A stretch of 64,000 nucleotides of DNA from Callorhinchus milii (taxonomy: Eukaryota). The DNA lies in the NCBI RefSeq assembly GCF_018977255.1, contig NW_024704742.1:112718001-112782000 (forward strand), read 5' to 3'. Of the stretch, positions 62,545 through 64,000 are shown piece by piece; positions within the stretch are counted from its first letter, which is position 1; the number at the start of each line of letters is the position of its first letter. The notes below the pieces were generated by a model that made no database searches, was not told the DNA's origin, and saw only the letters and a list, made by a program, of their open reading frames with translations. The position numbers were made by a program, and so were the translations under genes.

Positions 62545-64000
62545 CTCATTAAAAGCGAGAAAAAGGAGTATGAGGGTAAGATGGCTAGGAACATTAAGTC
62601 AGATTGTAAAAGTTTTTACAAATATTTTAAGAGGAATAGGCTAGTGAGGGTAAATGTAGGTCCACTTCAGTCAGAGATGGGAGAAGTTGTCATGGGGGAT
62701 AAGGACATGGCAGAGTCCCTAAATGGATACTTTGCATCTGTCTTCACCCTAGAAGACCCAACAAGTCTGCCAACAATAGAGATGCACCAAGGGGATAAGG
62801 ACAGGGAGCAACTTTTCTTTAGTAGAGAATTGGTGCTAGGGAAACTGTTAGCACTAAAAAATGACAAATGCCTGGTTCGGATGGCTTGCATCCCAGAATT
62901 TTAAAAGAGGTAGCTTATGAGATAGTGGAGGCCTTATGTCTGATCTTCCAAAATTCCTTGGATTCTGGAACAGTCCCCATGGATTGGAAGATCGCAAATG
63001 TCACACCACTATTTAAAAAAGGTGGAAAGGAAAAGATGGGGAACTATAGGCCATTTAGTCTCACATCAGTGATAGGAAAAATTTTAGAATTGTTGATTAA
63101 GGATGTGGTAGTGCGGTATTTAGGGGAGCACAATATAATTAGGCCAAGTCAACATGGCTTTACAAAAGGGAAGTCATGTTTGACAAATCTCATAGAATTT
63201 TTTGAGGATATTTCGAGTAAACAAGATAAGGGTGAATCAGTGGATGTGGTCTATTTGGACTTCCAGAAGGCATTCGATAAGGTGCCACATAACAGGTTAG
63301 TCCAAAAGATAGGGGCCCATGGAATTGGGAGGAGCATATTAACGTGGATTGGGGAATGGTTAACGGGTAGGAAATCAAGAGTAGGGATAAAGGGTTCTTT
63401 TCAGATTGGCGGGATGTGACTAATGGAGTGCCACAAGGATCAGTCCTTGGGCCTCAGCTATTTACCATCTACATCAACGGTCTAGATGAGGACATTGAAG
63501 TTAATATATCTAAATTCACGGATGACACAAAACTAGGAGGAAGTGTCAACACAGAAGATGACATTAAAAAATTGCAGCACAACATAGATAGGTTAGGTGA
63601 TTGGGCAGGTAGGTGGCAGATGAAGTATAATGTAGGGAAGTGCGAAGTCATCCACCTAGGTAGCAAAAACAGTAGAGCGGGTTATTTTTTAGAAGGGGAG
63701 AGATTGGAATGTGTTAGCGTCCAGAGGGACTTGGGTGTCCTTGTACACCAATCACAGAAAGTTAGTCTGCAGGTGCAGCAGCAATTAGGAAGGCGAACGG
63801 TATGTTAGCATTCATTATGAAAGGATTAGAGTATAAGAGTAGGGAAGTCTTGCTGCAACTGTATAGGGCCCTGGTGAGACCACACCTGGAATACTGCATC
63901 CAGTTTTGGTCTCCTCATTTAAGGAAGGATGTACTTACCTTGGAGGGGGTTCAGCGTAGATTTACTAGGTTAGTACCAGGGATGAAGAGGATGAGTTACG
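62545..64000 (+). mobile_element. CR1 LINE ORF2 (RT), 5'-truncated, relatively young but frameshifted; runs off the window end
   Basis: YFASVFT, GNYRPFSLTS, QHGFTKGKSCLTNL, YLDFQKAFDKVPH, GVPQGSVLGP, FTDDTKLGG, RDLGV, LVRPHLEYC; -1 frameshifts near 62870, 63400 and 63780. Confidence 0.97.

Noticed and set aside
62868..63808. RT ORFs as a functional or novel reverse transcriptase system
   Set aside because: Ordinary CR1 ORF2, 5'-truncated, with three frameshifts and no associated accessory genes or arrays.
1..64000. Known intronic miRNAs or snoRNAs
   Set aside because: I recognised no conserved mature miRNA or convincing C/D or H/ACA structure by eye; an Rfam/miRBase scan is needed to exclude them.

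Overview
This is a 64 kb, AT-rich, repeat-dense stretch of vertebrate genomic DNA that looks intronic or intergenic. The repeat content (CR1 and L2 LINE fragments, Deu-domain SINEs, and a young tRNA-Ala-headed SINE) points to a cartilaginous fish, possibly a holocephalan such as Callorhinchus; this is inference, not a database result. I found no intact protein-coding gene, rRNA, true tRNA or CRISPR array. Almost all longer ORFs in the track are frameshifted LINE ORF2 fragments or chance frames through SINEs. I cannot show a new biological system. The best leads are: (1) an unclassified non-coding retroposon in about 6 copies that share a GGCTGACC-poly(A) 3' end, one with a probable 12-bp target-site duplication (TSD); (2) a modular SINE (tRNA-Ala head, CORE-like block, DeuSINE-shared 3' part, L2 stem-loop with a compensatory base change); (3) three short frame-preserving candidate exons on the + strand (15, 30 and 51 nt) of an unidentified host gene; (4) a 106-bp fold-back Tc1/mariner-type MITE; (5) a decayed reverse transcriptase of a clade other than CR1/L2; and (6) several local repair or fold-back scars. 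Repeat boundaries were read by eye and are approximate to about 10-30 bp unless exact motifs are quoted.
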